A DNA stretch of 64,000 nucleotides. It comes from Armatimonadota bacterium (GTDB lineage Bacteria; Armatimonadota; Fimbriimonadia; Fimbriimonadales; Fimbriimonadaceae). Positions 50,213 through 59,578 of the stretch are shown here, one piece after another. The stretch covers positions 1 through 64,000 of the forward strand of contig DAIDHV010000008.1 of NCBI GenBank assembly GCA_027451905.1. Direction: 5' to 3'. Below the pieces are notes generated by a model. That model was given only the letters and a program-made list of their open reading frames with translations, searched no databases and was not told the DNA's origin. Position 1 is the first letter of the stretch, and every line of letters begins with the position of its first letter. The translations under genes were made by a program, and so were the position numbers.

Positions 50213-50510
50213 GCGTCTTTGCGTCTTCGCGTGAAATGCCATCATTCGAACATAAAAACGCGCAAAGAATCAATAACACTGCTTTCAAAGTCCGTTCACA
50301 GTCAGTTTAACCCCGCCTAAACTCCTTAGCGGCTTGGCGTGCTTGGCGTGAAAATATATCTCGCAAAGCCGCAAAGGATCGCAAAGAACACCCTCACAGC
50401 CCGTTCACCAATGGTTTGATCCCAACTAAACTTCTTCGCATTCTTGGCGTCTTCGCGTGAAAAACCATCGCGCGGGGTTGCAGTTGCACAAAGAATCACC
50501 TACCGTTTCT
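50213..50510. repeat. About 2.5 further copies of the ~115-bp tandem repeat, upstream of the GxxExxY gene
   Basis: Same core motifs as 49652-49880. Confidence 0.75.
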
Positions 50511-50516
50511 CCCAAC

Positions 50517-52142
50517 TTACCTTTCAAACCGCCAAGATGGCACGCAGGGGCGAGGCAGTTTCTGATTCAGCAACAAAGCCCTAAGCGCCTCAATTGGCAT
50601 CTGATTTTCTGAGATCATGCGGTCTAGGTACTGGCGCATGGTCCAGCCGGAGGCAACCAGTTCTCTACCCAGTGCCCTCACCTGGATGCCACCAATCAGA
50701 TAAGCGGCTTGATACAGCTCGGGATACGCGCCAGAAAAAGAACGCCTCACTTCACCCTCTGCGTTGGAGGGTTCATGGCCGCCTTGTTCCACCAGCATCG
50801 CTATGCACTGGTCGGCGCTCATCTCGCCAAGGTGAAACTTCAAAGAAAACACAACGCGGAGGGCGCGGTGCAGCCTCCAAAAAAGCATCCCAACTCGATC
50901 CTCCGCACTCTTAGGGAAGCCTAAATCCCACAAATACATCTCCCAAAAGAGGGTCCAACCTTCCACCCAAAAAGGAGTCCACAGGCACTTTCGGTGGGTT
51001 TTGTGGCGGCTGTTCATAAATTGCTGAATGTGATGGCCAGGAATCAGTTCATGCTGGACGGTTGCGCGGGCAAAATGGCGATTATTCCCCTTGAGGCTCA
51101 TCATTTTAAACTCATGATCCATGGCGGAGGTAGGGAACGAAACAATGATTTGCTCCCCTCCCAAAAAGAACGGGTTGACCTTCTGCTTGTCGGCTGGCAT
51201 CATTGCCATTCTCCAGGTAGATTTTGCCAACTCGGGAACCGTCAGTAGTTGATTGGCTTCCAGATATTCCACCGCTTCGTTGGCAAGGTCTCTCACCAAA
51301 TACGGCTGTCGGCCAGGCGGCTCATGGAGGGTTTTCACATGCTGAATGGCAGCCATTCCATCCTTAACTTTCAGTTCATTAGCGGCTTTTTCTAAATGCG
51401 ATCGGCACCACTCTGCCTCGGCTTGCCCCATGGCAATAAGCTCTTCTGGAGTGTAAGAAACAAGTTCAAATTGAAGCTGCTTCAAAAGCTCATTTCTGCC
51501 CACCGGCTCACCTATGATGGCTTCCCCATCGTCTGATCGCACCTTGAGAACCTGGGTTCTCAGCGCAGCCTGGAGCGTTTCTAGCTTGGCTCGCAGTTCT
51601 AGGTAGGGTGAGCTGATCCACCAATCAAACTCGGGATCATAGCTGCCAAAAAAGTGATTCCAGCTCTCAAGTCCGCTCAGAAGTGAATCAATGAGGCGGC
51701 AGGCTCGCCCTGCCGATTCTCGGCTGATCCCGTCAAATCCATGATCCGATTCTAAACTTGCCTTGATCTTTGTTGACCAAAAGTTGAGCTTTTCTGCCCA
51801 TTCTCTAGAGGATGACCACTGAAATTGGGAGTGAGAATCCAACAATTCAATGCCAATTTCGTGGCCGGGGATCGCCTTAAGTGCCTCATTTGTGCGCTGA
51901 AACACGGCATTTTCATGAGAAATCGCCTTGGCAATTGCATTTTCCAATAAAACCAGATCGTTCCAAGCCTCCGCGTCTAGCTGATCAGTATCAAATCGGG
52001 CAACCCGATCTTGCCATCCAGTCAATAACTTTTCAAGGGAGCGATGCCTAGCCAAAGACCACTCGGCAGGGAATTTCCTATTTTGGGCACTCGTGTCGGC
52101 ACCGTATTCGGTTAGCAGATGGCAAACGTCCAACTTGGTCAT
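50517..52142 (-). CDS. DUF885-family protein (putative metallopeptidase-like)
   Basis: HELIPGHHIQ motif and overall DUF885-like organisation. Start taken at MTKLDV. Confidence 0.6.
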   Translation of the reverse strand: MTKLDVCHLLTEYGADTSAQNRKFPAEWSLARHRSLEKLLTGWQDRVARFDTDQLDAEAWNDLVLLENAIAKAISHENAVFQRTNEALKAIPGHEIGIELLDSHSQFQWSSSREWAEKLNFWSTKIKASLESDHGFDGISRESAGRACRLIDSLLSGLESWNHFFGSYDPEFDWWISSPYLELRAKLETLQAALRTQVLKVRSDDGEAIIGEPVGRNELLKQLQFELVSYTPEELIAMGQAEAEWCRSHLEKAANELKVKDGMAAIQHVKTLHEPPGRQPYLVRDLANEAVEYLEANQLLTVPELAKSTWRMAMMPADKQKVNPFFLGGEQIIVSFPTSAMDHEFKMMSLKGNNRHFARATVQHELIPGHHIQQFMNSRHKTHRKCLWTPFWVEGWTLFWEMYLWDLGFPKSAEDRVGMLFWRLHRALRVVFSLKFHLGEMSADQCIAMLVEQGGHEPSNAEGEVRRSFSGAYPELYQAAYLIGGIQVRALGRELVASGWTMRQYLDRMISENQMPIEALRALLLNQKLPRPCVPSWRFER

Positions 52143-52327
52143 GCATGTCAGATTACAATCTCCACCGCCGCCCTCGCTTCGCATCCAAACCACCCACCAA
52201 TAAAGCCATCAACCAATGAACATATTTGGGGGCCAAGTTAGGGTGAGCCTCACGCTTGGCGTGAATAGGCTAACAAGCAGCGACTGATCCATTGGTCTCT
52301 TCGCACACTAATGGCTAATCGTTTTTT

Positions 52328-53740
52328 CTACCTTAGCCCGCCGCCAAACTTAAGCGAATTCATTAGTTTCTCCAACTCGGCAAAAGTCGCGTCTTGTTCA
52401 TCCTGAGGCCCTACGTAGTAAACACGCACCATTACGTACGCCTGGCTGGACAAATGCCGAGTAAAACTCTCCTTCCAATCTGTGAGAGGTTTCGCTATAC
52501 CTGATCGGCTGAGAACATGGATTGACTTCTCCTTGTTTACATCGTCCTTAGCTTCCTTTTTGTAAGTGGTTTGGAAGGGAGAAGCATCAGTCGGGCGGAA
52601 ATGCTTGAACCAATACAGGCAGTTCTTTGCCCAGTCTGGACCACCTTCTTCAAAGTAGTGGCCGAGCTGCCTGTGCCAGGTCAGCCTTGCCTCCTCCTTC
52701 CGAGCCCCAATCAGTTCTTCGAAAGACCAGAACAGGGGTGCCGGTTTTCTCTTGACGACCCGATCTCGCAAGGCAATAATTGCCCTGCCTGCCGAATCCG
52801 GGATCGCATTGATGAGCCTCATGAGGTAAGCGTCTGTATAGTGATGCCAGTCTCCAGATTCGATCGCAGCCACGAGTCCTTCCCTGCCCAAATTGAGGTC
52901 TCCTTTCTCGATCAAGTGCCGAATACATCTCTTTAACATTTCCTCGAACCCTACGACGGTCTTGTGGAAGATCACCTGGAGGTAGTCAAAACTCCGGCAC
53001 ATTACATAGTGGTCGGCAGCCCGAATCGCCTTCGGGCTAAGGCACACGCGCGCCGCTGAGTCGGTGGTCAGGTTTTGTATGATGTACTCACGGTCGAAAT
53101 GACCGTAGGGTAATCCGGTCGCCTGCGATGAGCGCATGAGATAGTCCAGGCGGTCTGCGTCCAGTTCAGATGAGACAAGGGTCCAGTATGTCTCGTCTGT
53201 CGCACCTTTAAACATGGCCGCAAGCCTGTCGGCAGCCTTACCGTCACCTTGTAATTTCTTAATTATAGGAGCAAGCTCCGGGTCTTTCTCAAGAATCAGC
53301 TTTCCCACTCGCTCATGATCGCAATAGTCGAAGGTCGACGGGGCGGCAAGTACTGGCCCCCCGGAAAGAGCCGCCTTGGAAATAGAATTCTGATGGTCTT
53401 CCAAAGCGTCCTCGGTAGCATGCGACATGAAATAGTGGCCAATGTCATGCAGTAGCATCGCAATCCGTCGAAATTGGAGTTCTTCGTCTGCCAGCCGCTT
53501 GCCGAGGTCTTTTCGCGCCTCGAGCCGCTCCAATATCTGCCCCATCGTGTGACAGGCCCCGATGCAGTGCGCGAACCGGCTGTAATCGGCACTCGGGAAA
53601 ACGTAGTTTGCGAGGCCCAGTTGCTCCACATGGCGAAGCCTCTGGAAGACCTGGGTATCGATAATCTTCAATTCTAACTCAGTCAGCGGAATGGTGCCAT
53701 AGACCGGGTCGCTGACTGACTTGCTATAATTAAGAGGCAT
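52328..53740 (-). CDS. HD-domain phosphohydrolase of the dGTPase/SAMHD1-like family (candidate dNTP triphosphohydrolase effector)
   Basis: DPVYGTIPLTELELKIIDTQVFQRLRHVEQLG...; HD pair (FAHCIG...LLHDIGHYFMSH). Overlaps the upstream gene by ~11 nt. Confidence 0.75.
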   Translation of the reverse strand: MPLNYSKSVSDPVYGTIPLTELELKIIDTQVFQRLRHVEQLGLANYVFPSADYSRFAHCIGACHTMGQILERLEARKDLGKRLADEELQFRRIAMLLHDIGHYFMSHATEDALEDHQNSISKAALSGGPVLAAPSTFDYCDHERVGKLILEKDPELAPIIKKLQGDGKAADRLAAMFKGATDETYWTLVSSELDADRLDYLMRSSQATGLPYGHFDREYIIQNLTTDSAARVCLSPKAIRAADHYVMCRSFDYLQVIFHKTVVGFEEMLKRCIRHLIEKGDLNLGREGLVAAIESGDWHHYTDAYLMRLINAIPDSAGRAIIALRDRVVKRKPAPLFWSFEELIGARKEEARLTWHRQLGHYFEEGGPDWAKNCLYWFKHFRPTDASPFQTTYKKEAKDDVNKEKSIHVLSRSGIAKPLTDWKESFTRHLSSQAYVMVRVYYVGPQDEQDATFAELEKLMNSLKFGGGLR

Positions 53741-54221
53741 CCTCTTGAAAACCAAACTTGATGAGTGCCACTCTCGCAGGATCAAACAGAGCTTGTAGGT
53801 GGGGCTTATTCTTTTTACACCGTTCGACAGCTTCCTTAAGCGTTCTAGCCATCACGCGGACCATAAAGTCGAGGGAGGCAACAGCTTCAAGCCAATCCGC
53901 TAAGTTCGCCTCTCGAGGTTTGGCTGCGATCAGATCCTTAACAGGTTTCAGGTTCTCCTGGAAATCGTCACTTGCCGAATACCTTTCGTATAAAGTCCTA
54001 TCTTCGTCAAGATGATAGTAGGTATCGGCTAATGAGCTGGAGTACGGTCCGTTGATGTACCACGAGAATCGGTATCCGAGGTCTGCTCCTTTAGTTTGTG
54101 CGAGGTAAATCGCCTTCTGCATGGAAATGCGATCCACCTTTGAATCTACACTTATCGGAACATCAAGTTCCTTCAGAATAACGCTAACCCAAGCTGCCTT
54201 GGGGCTAAACTCTACTGCCAT
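53730..54221 (-). CDS. DUF4065/Panacea-domain-like small protein (GepA/SocA/PanA-like candidate antitoxin)
   Basis: ISMQKAIYLAQTKGADLGYRFSWYINGPYSSSLADTYY matches the hallmark KLQKLLYYAQ...F.AW..GPV...VY pattern of DUF4065. Translationally coupled to the HD gene. Confidence 0.5.
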   Translation of the reverse strand: MAVEFSPKAAWVSVILKELDVPISVDSKVDRISMQKAIYLAQTKGADLGYRFSWYINGPYSSSLADTYYHLDEDRTLYERYSASDDFQENLKPVKDLIAAKPREANLADWLEAVASLDFMVRVMARTLKEAVERCKKNKPHLQALFDPARVALIKFGFQEDAS

Positions 54222-54385
54222 TTATTCACGTAAAGAAAACGACGGGTCCTAAAGCCGATTCGATTCGCCAAGGAACAGTAGACGTCCATACACTATTATA
54301 GCACAAATTCTGCTGAATTGTCTCATAGGCTTTCTTGTAACCTGACCTTTGGCCTTGCCCTATTGTTGACATATCTTCAGCATTG

Positions 54386-57300
54386 TTACTTCTTCTCTGC
54401 AGACACCAAGCCAAAGAACCGTTCGAAGAACGCGATTAGCTTTGCGAGAACTCGCTGCTTCTTCTCGCTGTGCCCGCCGTCCGGTGAGAATCGCGAAACT
54501 GGCGGCATCACCTTTGTGATGGCGGTCCCACTCGTACGAAGTACGCCGTCCCGGAAGGCCGCCTCGACGAATGCGGCGGTCTCCTCTGGCTTGAGGTTCT
54601 CCTCGGCAATAATCTGATCAAGTTCAGCCTTCTTGCGCTGATCAACAAAGACTCGCCATTCGGCGTCAACTTCGCCAGTCGCTGAAACCGAATCCACGAA
54701 GTTCTCAATCAGGTCTTTCTTGTTACGTAAGGTTGGCGATGAATCAACAGCTCGTGTGATCTGCGCCCTGATCTCAACATCCTCGCCGTCCCCTTTCGCC
54801 TCACGGAACTTCGCCACCAGCATCAAGATGAAGTCAACGTTGATTTCGACCTGCTTGATCAGCTCGATCTCAAAGACAATGTCATCAAGAATCTGCTCCT
54901 TGTCAGAGTCCTTGGTTGACCTGAAGTCGGCGTAAATGTCGAGGTAGACGCTTCGATAGTCCTGCCCCTGGCGTTGATCGAGCAATTCGTGTCCTTCGAA
55001 CTCATCGAACGAGGTCAAGATGTTTTGCAGGCGCAAGATCGCGCCGAAGAGAGCAATGAAGTCTTTCTTTGCCTGCTCGCCGACGATGCGCTCACCGAGC
55101 GGGAATCTGGCGAGCAACTCCTGCACCCTCTTTTCGTACTCGCGAAAATAGTGCCCGAATGGCTTGAGGACCGCAATGCCCTTGGCGTCCTTGTTACCAA
55201 AAAGTGCAAGAGCGTCGTTCGTTTCCTTCTCAAGATCGCGGAAACTCACGATGTTGCCGTAGGCCTTGACCGAGTTGAGAATCCGGTTCGTGCGCGAGTA
55301 CGCCTGAATTAGGCCATGAGCCCGGAGGCCCTTGTCGACGAACAGAGTGTTGAGAGTCGTGGCGTCGAAGCCCGTCAGGAACATGTTGACCACGATCACA
55401 AGGTCAATCTCGCGGTTCTTTAACCGCAGGCTCAAGTCTTTGTAGTAGTTCTGGAACTTATCCGCCGATGTGTCGAACGATGTTCCGAACATCTGATTGT
55501 AATCTTGAATCGCTGAATCAAGGAAGTCCCGCGTCGCTCCCGTAAGGTGGGCTGTCTCGAACTCTTCTTCCTCGAGAACTCCATCTTCAACAGCCTCATT
55601 GACTGCATAAGAGAAGATGATGCCGATCTTTAAGCGCTTATCAGGCACGCGGGATGCCTGCTGCCGCTTGAACTCCCCGTAATAGATGCGGGCGGCGTCA
55701 ATCGAAGCGGTTGCAAAGAGGGCGTTAAAGCCTCGCACACGTCGCTCACCCAGAGCATAGGAGTCGTTTCGCTTCGTCTTCTGGTCAAAGTGTTCGAGGA
55801 TGTAGCCGGTCACTAGGCCAATTCGCTCGGTTGCCAAGAGAGCCTTCTCTGTGTCAATAGCGGAGACCTTCTTATCCTGCACGTCACCCATCTTCACCGT
55901 GTTCACGTAGTCGATGCGGAACGGCAACACGTTCTTATCGGTGATCGCATCTACAATCGTGTAGGTATGGAGCTTCTCGCCGAACGCTTGTTCGGTCGTT
56001 TTGAGCCGCGGATTCCCTCCGCTGGCCATGTTGGCTGTAAAGATAGGCGTTCCTGTAAATCCAAACAGGTTATATCGTTTGAAGGCTCGGGTGATCGCCG
56101 TTCGCATGTCGCCGAACTGTGAACGATGGCACTCGTCGAAAATGATGACGATGTGCCCGCCGAAGACTTCATGCCCTTTGTTAGCCTCTACAAAGTGAGA
56201 AAGTTTCTGAATTGTCGTGATAATGATCCGCGACTGGTTGTCTCCCAACTGCCGCTTGAGAACCGCCGTCGAGGTGTTCGAGTTGGCAGCCCCCTTTTCA
56301 AAGCGGTCGTACTCGCGCATGGTTTGGTAGTCGAGGTCCTTACGGTCAACCACAAAGAGCACCTTGTCCACGCTTGGCATCTTGCTGGCGAGTTGAGCGG
56401 CCTTGAAGCTGGTGAGGGTCTTGCCGGAGCCAGTCGTATGCCAGACGTAGCCTCCCGCTTCGACTGTCCCTAGCTTCTTGTAGTTAGTCGCGATTTCGAT
56501 TCGCTGCAGGATTCGCTCGGTCGCTGCGATCTGATAGGGCCGCATCACCAGAAGCATCCGGTCCGCGGTGAGAACGCAATAGCGAGTTAGGATATTTAGG
56601 ATCGTGTGCTTGGCAAAGAAAGTCTTAGCAAACGCGGTTAGCTCCTGAATCGGCTTGTTCTGCGAGTCCGCCCACCAAGACGTGAACTCGAAGGAATTGG
56701 AGGTCTTCTTGACCTTCTTTGCTCCAGCGGCATCCTGGATGTGCTGTCGACGCGTCGTGTTGCTGTAATACTTCGTCAGGGTGCCGTTGCTGATAACAAA
56801 GAGTTGCACGTACTCGAAGAGCCCTGTGCCTGCCCAAAAGGAATCGCGCTGATAGCGGTCGATCTGGTTGAACGCCTCGCGGATGTCAACCCCGCGCCGC
56901 TTGAGCTCGATATGCACCATCGGCAAGCCGTTCACAAGAACGGTCACGTCATAGCGGTTGGCCCTCGCAGTATTCCCCTCCTCCGGAGGGGTGTCGCCTT
57001 TGGGTGACGGGGTGGTTTCGTATTGGTTGATGACCTGGAGGCGGTTGTTGTGGATGCTCTGACGGTCGATCAGCTTGACGTTCTTGGTTGTCCCGTCGTC
57101 ACGATTGAGAAGCTGGACCGGGTCTTCTTGGATGCGAACCGTCTTCTCAACAATCCCATCGTTCTGACCTGCAATCTTGGTCTCATAGAACTGCTTCCAT
57201 TCCGCCTCGGAGAATGTGATGCCGTTTAGGATTTCGAGCTGCCGGCGAAGATTGGAGATCAACTGGTCTTCCGATGTGATCCGGAGGTGCTCATAGGCTT

Positions 57301-57457
57301 GCTTCTCCAGTTGCCCGATGAAGGCTCGCTCTAAAGCGTCCTCGCTCTGATAGGTTGCCTCGCGCACAAGGCTTTCGGGAATGTACTCCGCGACTACCGT
57401 GCTCTCATTCGAAACGGCAATCGGCTCGTAGTTATAGGGCCTTCGTTCCTCGCTCAT
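54386..57457 (-). CDS. hsdR: Type I restriction enzyme R subunit
   Basis: Nuclease domain (VTVLVNGLPMVHIELKRRG), SF2 helicase motifs (TGSGKT; IIFDECHRSQ). Confidence 0.92.
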   Translation of the reverse strand: MSEERRPYNYEPIAVSNESTVVAEYIPESLVREATYQSEDALERAFIGQLEKQAYEHLRITSEDQLISNLRRQLEILNGITFSEAEWKQFYETKIAGQNDGIVEKTVRIQEDPVQLLNRDDGTTKNVKLIDRQSIHNNRLQVINQYETTPSPKGDTPPEEGNTARANRYDVTVLVNGLPMVHIELKRRGVDIREAFNQIDRYQRDSFWAGTGLFEYVQLFVISNGTLTKYYSNTTRRQHIQDAAGAKKVKKTSNSFEFTSWWADSQNKPIQELTAFAKTFFAKHTILNILTRYCVLTADRMLLVMRPYQIAATERILQRIEIATNYKKLGTVEAGGYVWHTTGSGKTLTSFKAAQLASKMPSVDKVLFVVDRKDLDYQTMREYDRFEKGAANSNTSTAVLKRQLGDNQSRIIITTIQKLSHFVEANKGHEVFGGHIVIIFDECHRSQFGDMRTAITRAFKRYNLFGFTGTPIFTANMASGGNPRLKTTEQAFGEKLHTYTIVDAITDKNVLPFRIDYVNTVKMGDVQDKKVSAIDTEKALLATERIGLVTGYILEHFDQKTKRNDSYALGERRVRGFNALFATASIDAARIYYGEFKRQQASRVPDKRLKIGIIFSYAVNEAVEDGVLEEEEFETAHLTGATRDFLDSAIQDYNQMFGTSFDTSADKFQNYYKDLSLRLKNREIDLVIVVNMFLTGFDATTLNTLFVDKGLRAHGLIQAYSRTNRILNSVKAYGNIVSFRDLEKETNDALALFGNKDAKGIAVLKPFGHYFREYEKRVQELLARFPLGERIVGEQAKKDFIALFGAILRLQNILTSFDEFEGHELLDQRQGQDYRSVYLDIYADFRSTKDSDKEQILDDIVFEIELIKQVEINVDFILMLVAKFREAKGDGEDVEIRAQITRAVDSSPTLRNKKDLIENFVDSVSATGEVDAEWRVFVDQRKKAELDQIIAEENLKPEETAAFVEAAFRDGVLRTSGTAITKVMPPVSRFSPDGGHSEKKQRVLAKLIAFFERFFGLVSAEKK

Positions 57458-58359
57458 GCTTGCCCTCCTTCATATGCTTGCGCGATGAGCGCCGAGACGT
57501 CCTCGACATCTTTCTGAGCCCTAATCCGAACCTCAAGGTCTCCCGTCCCCCAATGTCCAATCTTGCTTACATCCCGAAGTCCGTCGCGCATTGCCACCTC
57601 ACTTGGGTTCAGGTGGAGATATAGGCAGAATTCGCCTCGCTTTGCGTAGGTAAGACTTGCGAAGTTTCGAGTACGACGAAACGCGATGGAGAGTTTCGTT
57701 TCCTTTTCTGCAATGTCGTCACCCTGCGCGCGAACGGCGGCGCACGTCGCCTCGAAAAGGGCCTTTGTCTCGGCCGATTGATCAGCCAGCCACTGTGCCA
57801 TGGACTTATCCGTGCCGGCCTTCTGTGTTCCTGTTGTAGTCGGAGTCACCCCAGCTTCCTTGGCGCTGGATGTAATACGCTCCAGCAGAAGGTGGCCGTC
57901 TCCAAAGCGACGGTAGCGTACAAGATCAATCATGTTCGGCATCAACTCATACATCCCAAGATCATCCCGAGTGAAATCAGCTGCAATGCACACCAGCCGA
58001 ACCGACGAGAAATCCACACTGTCGGCCACTTCATTTCCTAGCTTGTTAAAAACTGCCTTCCAAAACTCTGCTTGGTGGTTCTTGATCCAACCTAGGTAGG
58101 CTACACCCTGGTTGATAACCGTGCGGTTTTTATCGAGCTTATATTCGATCACCACGGGGAAGTTGTTCTCGTCCAAGCCCAACGTATCGATGCGATTCCC
58201 TGCTCCGGCTACGAATTCGGAAGCAACTAATCGCACACCGAGAAGGGCTTCCAAGTTTGCCTCAAAGAGACTTTGAACGTCCTTTTCTAGCTTGTACGCT
58301 TTGGGATGAGCCTCTTCGACAGAGGCCCCATTCAAGGTGAAAAGTCGGAGCTCGCTCAT
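57454..58359 (-). CDS. Restriction-linked ORF: N-terminal DUF91/NucS-like PD-(D/E)xK domain plus C-terminal DUF5655-like domain. Embedded between hsdS and hsdR.
   Basis: GNRIDTLGLDENNFPVVIEYK (D...E.K nuclease-like motif); 4-nt overlaps with both neighbours. Confidence 0.5.
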   Translation of the reverse strand: MSELRLFTLNGASVEEAHPKAYKLEKDVQSLFEANLEALLGVRLVASEFVAGAGNRIDTLGLDENNFPVVIEYKLDKNRTVINQGVAYLGWIKNHQAEFWKAVFNKLGNEVADSVDFSSVRLVCIAADFTRDDLGMYELMPNMIDLVRYRRFGDGHLLLERITSSAKEAGVTPTTTGTQKAGTDKSMAQWLADQSAETKALFEATCAAVRAQGDDIAEKETKLSIAFRRTRNFASLTYAKRGEFCLYLHLNPSEVAMRDGLRDVSKIGHWGTGDLEVRIRAQKDVEDVSALIAQAYEGGQA

Positions 58360-58928
58360 CCAGCCTCCTGGAAGGTGAGCAAACGGTCGCGATAATGTTC
58401 GTACTGTTGGCGACGAGCGTTAAGCTCGGCAGGAAGGCCGACGGTCAGGTCGTTGACGAGGGCATCGAACCTATCGAGGATAGAGACGATGTGCCGCTGC
58501 TCATCTATTTCTGGGACAGGAATCAGATAATCCTTGATCTTCTGAGCATTCAGGTTTGACTGGGAGCCTTCGCCGAGAGCCTTTAAGCGAGAATACTCCT
58601 TTGCAATCCAGTGGTAAACAAATCGATAGTCCGCCTGCTCTGGGTCAACCTGCAAATTGCAGCAAGCCTGATTTGTCGTGAGGGGAATCGCATTAACAGC
58701 CACCTTAGCGGCGGTTGCTCCATACATAGCTACAATCACGCAATTTGCTGGAATCCACTTAGCCGAAGAATCCTTTAGGCCCGCTTCGGTTATAGTCATT
58801 CCAGTCGACCGGATGACGCCATAGTCAACCTCTTGAGTGCGTAGCCAAGGAATATCTCCGCCGTAGTAGTCAGCTTGCCTAGAACTTGGTGTGCCCCCTG
58901 ACGAGATTTTCGTACAAATCTCAATCAT
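58356..58928 (-). CDS. hsdS: Type I R-M specificity subunit, C-terminal half (TRD2 plus distal conserved helix)
   Basis: HsdS TRD fold; C-terminal RRQQYEHYRDRLLTF conserved motif. Confidence 0.8.
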   Translation of the reverse strand: MIEICTKISSGGTPSSRQADYYGGDIPWLRTQEVDYGVIRSTGMTITEAGLKDSSAKWIPANCVIVAMYGATAAKVAVNAIPLTTNQACCNLQVDPEQADYRFVYHWIAKEYSRLKALGEGSQSNLNAQKIKDYLIPVPEIDEQRHIVSILDRFDALVNDLTVGLPAELNARRQQYEHYRDRLLTFQEAG

Positions 58929-59578
58929 TCTCGCCCACCTGATCCGTCTCTCTCTCTCTCGGTGAACGTCAGCAGCTGATCGCGGTAAAAGGTATACTGT
59001 TTACGCCGCGCCTCTAGCTCCGCCTCTAGCTCCGCCTCTAGCTTACTAAAGGTGTCGAGGATTCTCACTATCTCCCGCTGAATTTGGCTCGGAGGAACCG
59101 GGATTTGAACCTTTGCTAGATTTTGCGTCGAAATGGCCGAAATCTTAGATGAAGAAATGTGGCGCCTTATCTGATTGTGAAAATCGTCAGTTTGGGAGAA
59201 GTAGGCGACATACTTAGGATCAAGGGAGCTACGGATCGCGTAGAGAGCGTCGTGGATCACAACATCCTCGTCTCCGAGCCAAGCTACGGATTTTCCGATA
59301 TCTTCGACAGTTTCTCCGGCCGAGACAAGGATCACGTCGCCCTTGCTGGCGAACCGCAGCCTCGATGCTACTTTGGGGTCCAAGTAGGAAAATGCCGTGT
59401 CGGCCCAAGTCCCATATTTGGTGTACAGTTCGCCATAATGGATACAAGGAACTCCGGACTCGATCATGTCCGCCTTTACAAAGCGCTTACCACGCGTTAT
59501 CGTGCCGATCTCCCCAATGGTCCTATGCTCTACACCTTTAGGGCAAAGTCTTTGGAGCAGATCGTCAATTCGGCTCAT
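58925..59578 (-). CDS. hsdS: Type I R-M specificity subunit, N-terminal half (TRD1 plus central conserved region with ELEA x3 repeat)
   Basis: HsdS TRD; LEAELEAELEARRKQYTFYRDQLLTF. ATGA overlap with the C-half gene. Confidence 0.8.
   Translation of the reverse strand: MSRIDDLLQRLCPKGVEHRTIGEIGTITRGKRFVKADMIESGVPCIHYGELYTKYGTWADTAFSYLDPKVASRLRFASKGDVILVSAGETVEDIGKSVAWLGDEDVVIHDALYAIRSSLDPKYVAYFSQTDDFHNQIRRHISSSKISAISTQNLAKVQIPVPPSQIQREIVRILDTFSKLEAELEAELEARRKQYTFYRDQLLTFTERERDGSGGRE
59011..59046. repeat. 12-bp tandem repeat x3 (CCTCTAGCTCCG) encoding ELEA repeats in the HsdS central conserved region
   Basis: Perfect tandem copies. Confidence 0.85.

Noticed and set aside
49652-50510. Periodic 18-nt cores separated by ~95 nt, which could suggest a CRISPR array
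   Set aside because: The intervening sequences are themselves homologous between units, the unit length (~115 bp) is far outside CRISPR repeat-spacer geometry, and no cas genes are nearby. This is a degenerate tandem repeat, not a CRISPR array.
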